Part shown: piece after piece, positions 26,301-37,959 of the stretch
How the letters are laid out: the number at the start of each line of letters is the position of its first letter
How positions within the stretch are numbered: position 1 is the stretch's first letter
DNA from: Schmidtea polychroa
Taxonomy: Eukaryota
Length of the DNA stretch: 64,000 nt
Reading direction: 5' to 3'
Assembly: GCA_044892525.1 (NCBI GenBank)
Contig: CM097885.1
Span: 208,258,001-208,322,000, forward strand
Program-made: the position numbers and the translations under genes
The notes under the pieces: model-generated
Told to the model about the DNA's origin: nothing
Database searches by the model: none
The model's input: the letters and a program-made list of their open reading frames with translations, nothing else

Positions 26301-27296
26301 ATGGAAGCAAATATGATATTAATGATGCTTCTACTAACAATGACGAAAATAATAACAGCCCATGGAGGAATGAGAACGGTAAAAGAGAACAGAGAAACAG
26401 AAAACAACGACAACAAGGAAGAAGAACCAAATCAAGAAAAGAAAGAACAGGTACAAAATCAACAAAGGGATCTAAAGAAAAGGTGTTTGCAAGGAAAATG
26501 CCTATTTAAAGCATATCAGAGGATAATACTGGCCAATGAGGATACAGAACCAATAACAGAAGTAGGAGTACAAGAAGTGTACCAACACAAAAATGGGAGA
26601 AAAATAACAAAAGCTAAGTGGAAGGAAGTATGGTTAGAAAAAGGAGAGGATATACCAATAGCACATCTTCAGCCAAGGAAAGAGCACAAGGTCTGTATCT
26701 CGAGAAAAGAACCAGGAGAAGAATGTCAACAATATGCAACACATCGTCAACCACGCAAGGAGTATACGGTCTGCATCTTGAGAAAAGGACCAGAAAGAGA
26801 ATGCCGACGATACCCCGGGAAAAGAGGGAAGAAAAGAAAAATTAACGACAGAAGAGACGAACAAAAGAAACGCAAGAAAACCAACGAGAAATACCAGGAC
26901 AATTATGTGTCGGAAGAAGAGATGGAAAAAATACAAAAAATGGCAAAAGAGGGAAGCAATGAGAAGATAGCAAGAATACGAGGAATGATAAAAGGAAAAG
27001 TCAAAGAAGAAAATGGGAAAAGCACAAAAGCTATGATTACAACTACAAACGATGAAAAATCAGAAATTATAAGCGTAAACCAAATGATATGGATCAGTGG
27101 AATAATAATAACAGGGGCATTTGTAATTATAACGGGGGGAGCTATTAAAATAATTAAAGATAAACGACATCGTAGAGAATTGGAAATGACCAGAACCAGA
27201 AACTTCAAACATCGAGTAAAAAGACCAAGCAATATATACCAAGAGCAGTGGATGGAGGCCTGGAATGCCCAGCGCCCTCCAAATCCACGTATATAG
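26301..27296 (+). CDS. Intact 331-aa putative membrane protein with 2 x 26-aa Cys-containing repeats
   Basis: Hydrophobic N-terminus MILMMLLLTMTKIITA, repeats HLQPRKEHKVCISRKEPGEECQQYAT / HRQPRKEYTVCILRKGPERECRRYPG, and TM-like IWISGIIITGAFVIITGGAIKII followed by basic residues. No family recognised. Confidence 0.6.
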   Translation: MEANMILMMLLLTMTKIITAHGGMRTVKENRETENNDNKEEEPNQEKKEQVQNQQRDLKKRCLQGKCLFKAYQRIILANEDTEPITEVGVQEVYQHKNGRKITKAKWKEVWLEKGEDIPIAHLQPRKEHKVCISRKEPGEECQQYATHRQPRKEYTVCILRKGPERECRRYPGKRGKKRKINDRRDEQKKRKKTNEKYQDNYVSEEEMEKIQKMAKEGSNEKIARIRGMIKGKVKEENGKSTKAMITTTNDEKSEIISVNQMIWISGIIITGAFVIITGGAIKIIKDKRHRRELEMTRTRNFKHRVKRPSNIYQEQWMEAWNAQRPPNPRI

Positions 27297-27914
27297 AAAG
27301 GGTTATGACTGTATAAAAATTGTAAAAAGTAAGTATATGAAACATATCTATATAACAGTATTACTATATATCTGTATATAAGCGCGGTATCAATATTATA
27401 TAACGATTGGGATAAATAATATAAAAATAAAATCAGACGAAGGTTGAAAAGGTGTATATAAATTAAGAATGGATCAAATAAACAACGAAATAACTCACAA
27501 CACGAAAACCGAAGATATGTGGAAATAGCAATGTGCAATGTTAGCACAAATAATCTCAAATTTGCAAGAACAAGGAATTACAGTACAAAGAAACTTAGTC
27601 GAAAGTTTGAATAAAGGATTCAGTTAGTAAAAATAATTGAAGATTAACGAGTAAAAATAGAACAAATGTATAGAGAAATAGAACGAATAACGCGATACAG
27701 CCGGATGCAGGAAGAGGAGTTAATAAGAATCGCAGATGAAATGGAACGAGAAGTGATGGAAGAGTGGTCGGAATGGTTAACCAGTAGGGAAGAGGGCGGA
27801 CAGGAGGCCGACTCTTCCAGCCAATAAATAAAACCCCAACAAAGTGTAAATAATTGTATATAGAAATACGAGAATTGTACTAGTAAGAAAATACATGTAT
27901 ATATAATTGTAGAA

Positions 27915-29285
27915 ATGGATAAACAACAGAAGGAGGAGATCAAAGGAATCATCGCACAAATCAGAAAGTCAACAACAATCCGAGTACATAAACATGTAAT
28001 GTGCGGAATATGCGAGAAATTATTGAAGGAACCTCATCAGACAAGGTGTGGATGTAGGCTGTGTAAGGAATGTATAGAAGAGATAATAAAGAAGGGACCA
28101 GTATGTAAAGAGGCATTAATATCAAGCCTGAGGGATACCAACGAGGATAAAGCAGCAGTAAATGATATGCTGAACTCTAACCTATGATGTAAAAACACCC
28201 AATGTAATTGGCGGGGGCTAATATGGGAAGTAAAACAACACATAAAGGAATGTACATACAAAATTAGCCAATGCGAACGATGCCAGAAAAGCATCAAGGC
28301 AAACGAGGAAAGGGAACACCAAAACCAATGCGAGGAAAGACTGGAAAAATGCGAATACTGTGGAAAAACAGATGCATGGAAAGAGTTAACGAACAAACAT
28401 TATAACCTACAAGAGGAACAACTGTATGCAGAATTCAGTGGCGAATGTCCAAACGAATGTGGTAAGAAGGGAATGTTAAAGCTAGCACAGCATTTGAAAG
28501 AATGCGAAAAGAAAAGAATAACATGTGTATTGGAAAAATGGGATGCCAGAAACAGCTACACCGAGAAGATTTGCCACAACATTTAGCGGAAAGTATATCT
28601 ACACACGCAGAAATGTGGTCAACTACATTACAAGAGAGCGAGCACCAAACCGAGAAGTTAGAAAAAGAAATAACCTCTTTAAAGGCATTCGTGAAAGAAT
28701 TATTAGAAGACAGAGAAGCATTCGAAGAAGCAAGAACAAGCACCAAAGTACAGACAAATCTGGTCGAGACCACTCATAACATGGTAAAAGAATTATATCT
28801 AAAAATAAACGAACTCAACTTAAACGAAATAATACCAACAGCACCTTACATATGGAAAATAACAGGGGTAAAAGAAAAGATTCGGAGGGCAAAGAATGTA
28901 AAAGATACAACGATGACCAGCCCAGCATTCCATTCATGGAAAAACGGATACAAGATGAAAATGAAAATATATCCTAACGGAGATGGAATCGGATACGGAA
29001 CACATTTTTCGGTATTCTTCCTGTTATGTAAAGGGGAATACGACGAAATAATAGAATGGCCCTTCCAAGCAAAAATTGACATCGTAATGATAAACAATCA
29101 AAGTGTGCACGAACAAAGCTTTAAAACAGCAGGAAATCTCACATATTATCAGAGACCTTTGGAAGAAGGATCGGCATCGGGAGCGCCTAACTTCATCCTA
29201 CAACGAAGTGGAAGATATGGCAAGAAACGATACGATATATATAAAAATGGCAGTAAGAAGGGAAGGGAAGAGTAGAACTGAGTAG
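27915..29285 (+). pseudogene. TRAF: Intronless TRAF-family gene (RING, TRAF zinc fingers, coiled coil, MATH) with 1 stop and 2 frameshifts
   Basis: RING CGICEKLLKEPHQTRCGCRLCKEC; in-frame TGA 28185-28187, then CKNTQCNWRG..CERC..CEYCG..CPNEC. Single-base frameshift in an A-run at ~28535. MATH YIWKI..SPAFHSWKNGYKMKMKIYPNGDGIGYGTHFSVFF..EWPF. Second frameshift at ~29200 restores NDTIYIK, ending at 29285. Confidence 0.95.
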
Positions 29286-29761
29286 GCAGAGGAGATAACT
29301 TTGTATATAATAATCTGTAAATATCGGTGTATATACCCTATAATATTATATATTATAACCGCATGGAAACCATAAATGTCGTAATAATAAAATCAAACGA
29401 AAAATGAGAAAAGAATAACTAATTAGTAAATAAATGTAAGAGTACAAACATCAATTTAATAATATCATTATTCAGAAAATGACACAAGAAAGAGCAGAGA
29501 CCCCAAACCACACCTCAACAATGCAAGTCGACAGAGGGTGCAAAGAGATATGGAGAAAAGTAATGTGCCAATTGGCAAATAAAACCAGGAACTACCTAGA
29601 GGAGGCTAGGGAATGGGAATTCAATCAGTCCCAGTGGCTAATGTAAAATCTAAGAGCAGAGGCAGAAGCCTGTAAAAGAGCCGCAAAATGGTCGGCATTG
29701 AAAAGCACTCGACAAGAGGCACATAGCCATTACTTAAAACAGTTAGTGCAAGAATCCAGGA

Positions 29762-30112
29762 TTGACGGATGAAAACAGAAAACGAGAAACTGAAAAACAA
29801 AAAGAAGGAAGAAAGATCAACCATCTATTAAGCGAAGCGAGAAAATGGAAACGACAAAACAAGGAAATCAGAAAAGAAATGAGGAAACTACCTCAAAAAC
29901 TGGGATGCAGCAATGACCAGGAGAAATGGGAAGAAAACCTGGACCAAAAAGAGGAACTAAGACGACTCAGGAGAATCGCCGCACGTAGCCAAACGTGGCA
30001 AACTAAGGCGATGGAATTTGTAAGGCATTTGGCGATGAAGATAGCCGTAAAAGAGCAGGAAAACACGGTACGGAAAAAAAAAAATTACGATATGTTTAAC
30101 TACAATGTATGA
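29762..30112 (+). CDS. Short coiled-coil ORF of unknown function (likely decayed)
   Basis: 116 codons, charged heptad-like pattern, same strand and composition as the cargo block. Confidence 0.35.
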   Translation: MTDENRKRETEKQKEGRKINHLLSEARKWKRQNKEIRKEMRKLPQKLGCSNDQEKWEENLDQKEELRRLRRIAARSQTWQTKAMEFVRHLAMKIAVKEQENTVRKKKNYDMFNYNV

Positions 30113-30160
30113 CGTATACGTGAATTGCGGGACGCAATTTTAACGGGCCCCGGAGTGATT

Positions 30161-30900
30161 TGTTGGGCTAAATCTTGAATGTTGATAGAGTTAAATCGGA
30201 TATGTAAAAAGGAACCCCATAAAAAAATAAAATAAAGATAACCCTAACCGGAATCCCAGTAACATAAAGAGAAACCAAAGAAATCTATTAAAAGAAATCG
30301 AAATAAATAATAAAATCATTAAAAGAGGGTATAAGATAGGAAATAAAGTACCTCTGACATACAACCAAAGGAAAAAATAATGTAATAAAATTTAAGGAAA
30401 TAAATAAAAATTAAAGAAATAGAATACAAAAATAAAACAATTCCTTAACAAAACGCTACTGAGAATTAAAACAAAAAAATTACATTAAAAAGAAACAACA
30501 AAAAATCCATAGAAAAATAAGGAAAAATAACCAACATTAAGAAAATAATAAAATAATAATAAAAATAAAATAAGGCAAATAAAATTTATTGAAAAAACAA
30601 TAAAAACTACAAAATAACAATAAATAATAAAAATACACCCTAACTGCGTCCTGATTGGACAAAAAATACTACGACTTTAAAAAAAACCAATACAGATTTT
30701 AGACCTACGACTCCACTCAACTCATTACAGACTTCAGAAGAATAACTACATCAACTACAACCCTCAAATTTCGAAAAACTAGACTACGCATTAGGATTCA
30801 TTATATTCGGAATCACTTTTCGGGAAGCAACTCGTTCATTCAGACTTAACTCTATCAACTACGGGAAAATCCACAGTATGGTTTCAAACTGATTGTTTTA
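30161..30900 (+). promoter_or_regulatory. TGTTGGG-initiated LTR-like promoter unit
   Basis: TGTTGGGCT start, A-rich tract, CTGATTGG (reverse CCAAT) at 30651. The same layout occurs at 43771, 49410, 53031 and 37957 (minus). Confidence 0.6.
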
Positions 30901-31329
30901 TTGTATGATATGTTTATCATTATACTTATTTTCAAATATTGAGATCAATAAAATTTATTCATTATCAATCAAAAGTATTTCTTCTTCACGGTACTGGCGA
31001 CGGTGCTGTCTGGAGTCATCGATCACGTTGCAGAAAAATGCCAAAATGAGATCGGAGACTTGGGAATTATTAAAAGAATTACGAGATCGAGGATGAGATC
31101 AGTAAATAACACGTTCATTTTTATCTCGACTAGAGAATCCACGAAAATTAAATTATTGGAAATGACCAAAATTGGGTTCATTAACCCAGAGAAATACGGG
31201 ATGAGATTGCACAGTATGAAACAAATGTAGATTAGGTAGAGGCATCGTGATTGAGAGATCCACGTGGCATGGTCGCCAGGTAATTATTTCTATTGTATTT
31301 TATTTATTTATATTTTCTTTTCAATTAAA

Positions 31330-31990
31330 TTTGGGGTGTAGTGGGTGGATTTGTCCTTCATGACGGTGTGAGAGTGGTGGGCAGCGATGCCTGTGACTCT
31401 TGGGTGTGTCATGAGGGGTGGAGAAACCCCGAGATGAGATAAAGAGAATGACAATAATAATTCCAGTTTCGTTGAGTGCGATCAGAAGAAGCATAGATTT
31501 CAATTATTTTCCATAAGAAGCATCGAAAAGTTCCATCGTCTGAATATCTCGATATGTTCGCATAGTCTCCGTTTCGTCGTCCAGCATAACGAATCATACT
31601 TTGTCGATAAGCTCATTTCGATAGGGGATGGCCATTTAGAAGACCTACTAGGTAGTCGGTTAAGAAAGATCCATGAGATGGCAATCACGATTTTCCTGAT
31701 TCTCGTGTTAGTGGCTAGATCCATCCTCCTACTGAGAAATCTAAAAATTTGACGTCAAAACAGTTTCCATTGACCCGATGCCGTCACTGATAATGTTGAT
31801 AACCTACACAAAAATTAAAAATCGTTATTAGTACAGACGAATCCGCCAGTGCATCCACATCGAAAATGCCATATCTAGATTTCTGCTAGAACCGATTTTC
31901 ACTAATCTACGAGATACATCTGTCTTGTCGAGCGGGATTACATTTTCTTTTTGCGTCATAACATAGATGACATTTGTACCGGTAACGAAT
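31330..31990 (-). pseudogene. Highly degenerate MATH-like ORF remnant (tentative)
   Basis: Minus-strand peptides ..MHWRIRLY*, DDGTFRCFLWKII and LLIALNETGIIIVILFISS resemble MATH strands. Shares GGGGTGTAGTGG with 54107. Confidence 0.3.
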
Positions 31991-32111
31991 CTCGCACACT
32001 AGTACTACTGGAAGAGCTGACGAATTCCGATAGAAATTGGGAATAGCGTAGGAAAATTTCGCACGCAACTGTTTCGAGATAACTTGTCACGCCGATGATA
32101 TTATGATAGAT

Positions 32112-33155
32112 CACGGGTTCCCAACCGGGGGTCTATGGACCCCATAGGGGTACGTGGAGCACTCCTATGGGGTACGAGAAGCGCGGCCGGTAAGGATTTT
32201 TGTCTCGAATTTTTATTGATAATATTTCATTGTTTTAAAATTTAGTAACAAACAAAAATCGCAATTTTTTTGAACACGGTTCGGTTTTTTCAAAGTAAAT
32301 TTCCTAAAACTAAATACAATAACAAATATGTACATATGGATTTCTTATTTTTGAAATAATAAATAAGTCGTTATAATATATTAATTATCAAATTGATATT
32401 GTTTTTACTAAAACGTGTACAAAAAATAAATATCTATAACGGGTTTCAATTTATTTGGGTAGTTACAATAAATAAACCATTGCATATTTAATTGTCTTAG
32501 TTTTTAGAAATAATTATTTTTTATTATCGACAGCTAACCCATACTGTCACAATGTCAAAGAAGCGTTGTTATCAGGACTCATATATTCAATTCGGTTTCA
32601 CTTTCTTAGTTGACAAAGATGGATTGGAAAGGCCACAATGCATACTTTGCTCGAAAGTACTTAGTAATGGTTATATGAAACCATCCAAACTTAAGGAACA
32701 TCTACAAGCAGTCCATCCAAACAACGTTAATGACACAGAATCTTTATTCAAAATTAAGAGAGCCCGATTTGAAACAAGCACAAAGCTCACCAATCACGGA
32801 TTTCTTCCCGAGAAAAAACCAGCTTTAGAAGCAAGTTATCGTGTGGCATTGAGGATTGCGAAAGATAAAAAACCTCATGCAATCGCGGAAACTTTGATTA
32901 AACCATGTGCGATGGAAATGGCCGAAATTATGTGTGATAAGGACGCAAAACTTAAAATATCACAAATACCACTATCAAACAACACAATTCACGATCGAAT
33001 TAAAGACATGTCTTATAGCAGATTGTAGAACAAATAAAAGAAAGTTCAACAAAAATTGGATTGCAATTGGATGAATCCACTGATGTTTCTAACTGTGCTC
33101 AACTTCTTGTTTTTGTTAAATATGTGTATAGAAACGAAATCAAAGAGGATTTTCT
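32112..33155 (+). mobile_element. Buster/Charlie-type hAT, left end plus truncated transposase
   Basis: TIR CACGGGTTCCCAACC preceded by TGATAGAT (central TA, Buster target consensus). BED finger RPQCILCSKVLSNGYMKPSKLKEHL, ASYRVALRIAKDKKPHAIAETLIKP, PLSNNTI, LQLDESTDVSNCAQLLVFV. Truncated where module B begins. Confidence 0.93.
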
Positions 33156-33373
33156 TTGAACCCAAACTGCGAGTTTACTAAGAGTAGTCCTAAGGTAGGG
33201 GCTCACCTGTTAGTAAATTCCGACCTATGTGCGCAGTACCAACGTGTGACATGGCCACGGGCACACATAAGGGAAATCAGCTAAGGTCATCTTGGATATC
33301 CAGGGAACCACACGCTGAGCAGACGGGGACAGTTTTATCTTATTTTAATTTTCTTCCTTCCCGGGTATCCAAC
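33155..33373 (+). ncRNA. Conserved structured module, copy B, with CCAACA terminus
   Basis: Core CCTATGTGCGC-AGTACCAA-CGTG..CACG-G-GCACACATAAGG at 33224-33272; upstream GAGTAG..GGGGCTCACCTG; ends TATCCAACA. Confidence 0.65.
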
Positions 33374-36120
33374 ATAATTAAAAAAATGTACGAGGATGTC
33401 TGAAGCTTCATCAGAATCGACTATTTCATTTCAAGAAATTCATAGACGAATGCTCTTTCTATACATGACGAACGAGAGATTCGGCAGGTCACCAGTAGGC
33501 AGTAGAATTTACAACAATATGCCAACCAATCCAGGTCCCACTATCCAAAGATGAACTAATCCATTCACAATAATATATTTTCATTGATTATTCAAATCGA
33601 AAAGTTGCCATATAATCCATTTTGAACCCCGTCATAAGTATTTGGCTAAATCAAAACGGGGCAAGTACTTAAGTTTATTCAGCTGGTGGCTTTAGTAGAC
33701 AGATTTAACTTCAACTAATGATACGCTGCAACATCCCAAGCAGTCACCGAGGAACTTCAAAGATCAGCTCACAGCAATTTCAAAAATCCTATCAGAGTCA
33801 TATTAATAATCATATTAGAAATTCTTTCCCAAATACTCGAAGCAACTGTATATTTCAGGTGAACTATGAATACTTCAATGTATATTTAAATAAATAAATA
33901 AATATCTTATTTTTTATGCATTATTTTAACAAAACTTTAAAAATTACTGAAATCCAAACAAAGCTCGATTGACTGTCTCATTTATAAACCAAGGAACATC
34001 TAACCAGGCATAAGTTAAAAATTCAATCAAAGACAGTGAAATTAGTCATCCATGTTTCCATCCATTTAAAATCTACTACAGACATTTGATTGTCGGAACC
34101 ACATAAATAATGATTGCAATATTGAAATTGCATACCTTCACTAACTATGTACATTGCATTCAAATGAGCAAACAAATTTCAACTTGGAATGTGCACACAA
34201 GCGATCCCACGCACATCAACCCCACACAACCACTAGGTCACCAATCCACAACAACATCTGTACCTCTGTAATCAACAGGCATGCATGCACACTAGGTAAG
34301 TTTGTGTGTTATACTGAAATTTTTAATTTACAGAATTTAAAGTCATCTTACTTAACTCTGTCACTATTACTACACTGCGCTTCTCCACTGTCTCGGACCA
34401 CTCTCTTGTTTTATATTTTCACACTTTTGTAGACCCCGTGGTTAACAAAATTACGAAATTGTCAATCCATCATATCCTAATATTTGAGTATAAGGTATTT
34501 CCTAGATATATGCCCTCATCAAGAGATAATATATCTGTCTGTTATAATATGCACATTGAAAGCATCTGACTAAGCCTAATTTCTAACGGATTGCACCATC
34601 CTCAACATCTACATCAATCACTACCGCATTATATACGTATGCCTTAACATTTGCATATTTCCTGAATGGAGTTGTACAGTACAGAATTATTTTTCAGATT
34701 TATTGTACTGGTGATTCATTGGCGACCTCCCATGCCAAACATTTCCTTATGTCGAACATTGGAATTGCCGGTACCTACACACACACGTTATACACATAAC
34801 CACCAAACCGGCGAGAGAGCAAAATGGGCAACAAACTAACTCTCAGCATTGTCACCAATTGTCACAAACTTGCACAAGTACAGTAAAAAAAATTCACGTG
34901 AATGTGTCTGCTTTGGAATTTTTAGCAGAGACAGAGAACTTGTAACCAAACGATGCAAATTATCTTTTTGTAAAAATCATTGATCTGGTCAGGCAACAAC
35001 TTGTGATTGTAAGAATTTTTCCATTGAGATGACTTTCCCTTCGTCGTTTATTGCTTTATTTCAATTCCAATTATATTGAATGGGTTGCTTGTTGGTTATT
35101 TTGATTATTACTTGCTTACTGCAACTTCAAAGACATTTTTCACGTAATGAGTGTTATAATCAATTTCGAATTCACTTTCTTTATTGTTCTATCGTTCAAC
35201 CGTTTGTAAGACCTTTTTCAATGACTAAACACAATTTACATTTATTTCAAAGATGCCTAAAATTGAAATTCTATTAATTCTATTAATTTATTTTTCTTTT
35301 CATGTCTGTGAATTATTCTAATTCGTCCTTCGGTGATTTTCCCAATTCTTCGCACTTTTGAACTTTCCCAGAGGCATTCATTAGCCGCTTTTCAGATTTT
35401 CTTGCAAATTTAAAGGTATTTGTTCTATATCCGAAATTTTCTTTTGATTTAATATTTGTATTTTGTAATTTATTGTTATTTTTTTATTGTTATTTTGTAT
35501 TTATTTGCTAGAATTCACTTGGCTGTTTGTTGTTGCTCCATCTGTCATGAAATAAATAGTTGAGTTGTTTTCTTTTATTTCGGTGTTGATTTTTATATAA
35601 TTATTGATTCTGTGTTATCCAACTTAATTTTTATTTTAATTACATATAATTACACGTATTTCTAAAGTGATTTTTATTTTTAAATTTCCGATTTTTATAG
35701 TTTTTGGTCAGCTTTTATTTTTTATATAATTAGTTTCATTCCAAAAAATGATTTTTATTTAAAATTTTCTACTTTTATGGTTTTATTCAGGCTTTCCTTT
35801 GATCAAATTTAATTTCATTTCTAGTATAATTAATATATTTTACGTTTCCAATTTTTGTTCCACTTAATTTTCTTTTAACCATAATTAATTTTTATTTCTA
35901 AAATAATTTTTACTTCAATTAATTTTAATTTCTAAGTAATTTAAATTTCTAATTTTCGGCATTTAGTATTTTACTTTATACACTATTTTCCGTTCTTATT
36001 GTTAAAATCAAACTTTCCGAATAATTGGCACTTTTTAAACTAGAAAATTTATCGTTTCGCAATGTTTTCCGCCAAAAGCAGTTTATTAACAATCAAATCC
36101 CGACTGAGCCCCAAAAATCA

Positions 36121-37957
36121 TGTTGGTTACTTAGGGGTGTGTCATTTTAAATACGTTAGGGGTAATCATAGGTATTCACTAGACTCTTTCCTAAGCACCT
36201 CCATGACTATTGTACTTTAAACCATTTGTTTACCCATGGCGACGATCATGTTGGTACTGTACACAAAGGCGAAAAAACAATGAGCAGGTGAGCTCTATTG
36301 CTAAAACTACTCCCCATTGTATTTTCTCTTCGGGTTCAAAACGGCCGATAGAAGATCTTAAGTCATTAGTCATTTTCTATTTCTACTTTCCTATTTTATT
36401 CAACTATGGTCCTAATTTCAATGTTTCCTATTGTTCTTTTTTAAAATTTTGTCCAGGGATGAGCCCTTATTTTTCTGTCATAAATAATTATGTGTTTTCT
36501 ATAATACTTGTCGATAAATTATTTTCTATAAATGTCGTTCCATATTTTCGAAGGTTCTTGTGAAAAATGTAACCAAGTTCTTTTAAAATTTTGAGTAGAT
36601 GTCTGCCCTTATTCCCAAGTAAATAAACATGTTTCCACACTTCTCATAAAAATTTGAGCAGGGATCTGTCTGTATTTCTAATCCTGAACAATCTTAACAA
36701 TTTGTGGATTCTATAAGATTACCTAAACCTACTTTATCTACCGACAACTGGTCCTAACTATCCTATTATTACTCCTAACTCAGTAGTATCTGTGAAAAGG
36801 TGACTAAACCGTCTGCTAATAATTTGCAAAATTACCTATCTACCACTGGTCTTTCCACCCTTCACGGTTCACTCGAAAACCACCGGTACAAGTACCAACC
36901 ATTTCCGAACGACCGTGCCAGACGAATTGACCATATTACTATATTTTATAAATTATCCAATGATCAAATAATTCTAAACATAAACAAACAACAAGAATTA
37001 ATGAAACAAATTCAATTAAAAATTTTATTAATTCATAAAATTATATAACATTAGACTTAACAACAATAGAAATAAATACAATACTAATATCAACGAAAAT
37101 TAACTTCATTTTAAAATAACATTAGACTTAACAAAATTACATTACACATACAAAAAAATCAAATTTACCTTACCGCGATAGCATACACCAAAAATTGAGA
37201 GCTCCTGATATAGTCTGGTAAATTTCTGATTGAACAAGTTTAATCAGTTGAACAAGTGAAATTTCACTCAGTATTTATACTGATTGAATTGTACGCCTAC
37301 GCATTCTATGCTGCTATATCCAATTAGAATGCGAGGCAATTCTGATTAATTTTTGCATGCATGCGTGAATGTGTGCAATTGTTTATTTTTTAATTTAATC
37401 AATTTAATTAATCAAAATTATATTTTTTACTAATTTTTAAGATTTATTTTTATAATTCTATAATTTAAATAGTTTTTGCTAATTTTAATTTAGTTTTACA
37501 AGTTTTTATAATTTAAATAAGTTTAGTTAACTTTATTTTAGTTTCATTGATTTAAACAATCTGGTTTTATAAATTTTATAATTCATCTAATTTTTCTACT
37601 TTTACTCTACTTTTTATTATTTTATCAGTTTACTAGATATTTTATTTTAAATTTTATATTTATTTATTTAACAATTTTTCATATTATTAATTAATTTATT
37701 ACCCATTATTTTATTTATTATTATTTTATTTTTTTTGTTGTTAGCTATTCCGAATGCGATATTTCTCCTAACTGTGTCAGTGATCGTGACCTTTTTTTTG
37801 CGTTCCTTTATTTTATTACCCGGTCTTATTTATCATCAATGTGTTATGTACTTTAATTTGTATTGATTGGTGTTCTAATTTAACTTGGTGCGATTTTTAT
37901 GTTATATATTTTTGATTCATTAAAACAAGCTCTCAATTCTTTGGTTCTAGCCCAACA
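36121..37957 (-). mobile_element. 1.84-kb TGTTGG...CCAACA-bounded cassette (promoter, donor, decayed ORF, structured module)
   Basis: Plus-strand TGTTGG at 36121 and CCCAACA ending 37957. On the minus strand: A-rich tract, CTAATTGG and TATAAA at ~37325-37270, GTAAG donor at ~37170, broken ORF ~36960-36400, then module F. No TSD. Confidence 0.55.
36222..36364 (-). ncRNA. Conserved structured module, copy F
   Basis: Minus-strand core TTTGTGTAC-AGTACCAA-CATG(ATCGTCGC)CATG-G-GTAAACAAA (36267->36225); upstream CTTCTATCGG..GAGTAG..GAGCTCACCTGCTC. Confidence 0.7.
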
Positions 37958-37959
37958 AT

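Noticed and set aside
25540-29285. Long minus-strand hydrophobic ORFs (25792, 26634, 26903, 27644, 28037, 28435, 28846)
   Set aside because: Antisense shadows of the A-rich plus-strand block; T-rich codons give F/L/S-rich pseudo-membrane proteins.
30123-30139. Hairpin AATTGCG-GGA-CGCAATT before the 30161 unit
   Set aside because: Single 7-bp stem not seen before other units; compatible with chance.
36885-36920. GTACAAGTACCAACC, similar to the conserved bulge
   Set aside because: No P2 hairpin or opposite G; lies antisense within a decayed ORF.
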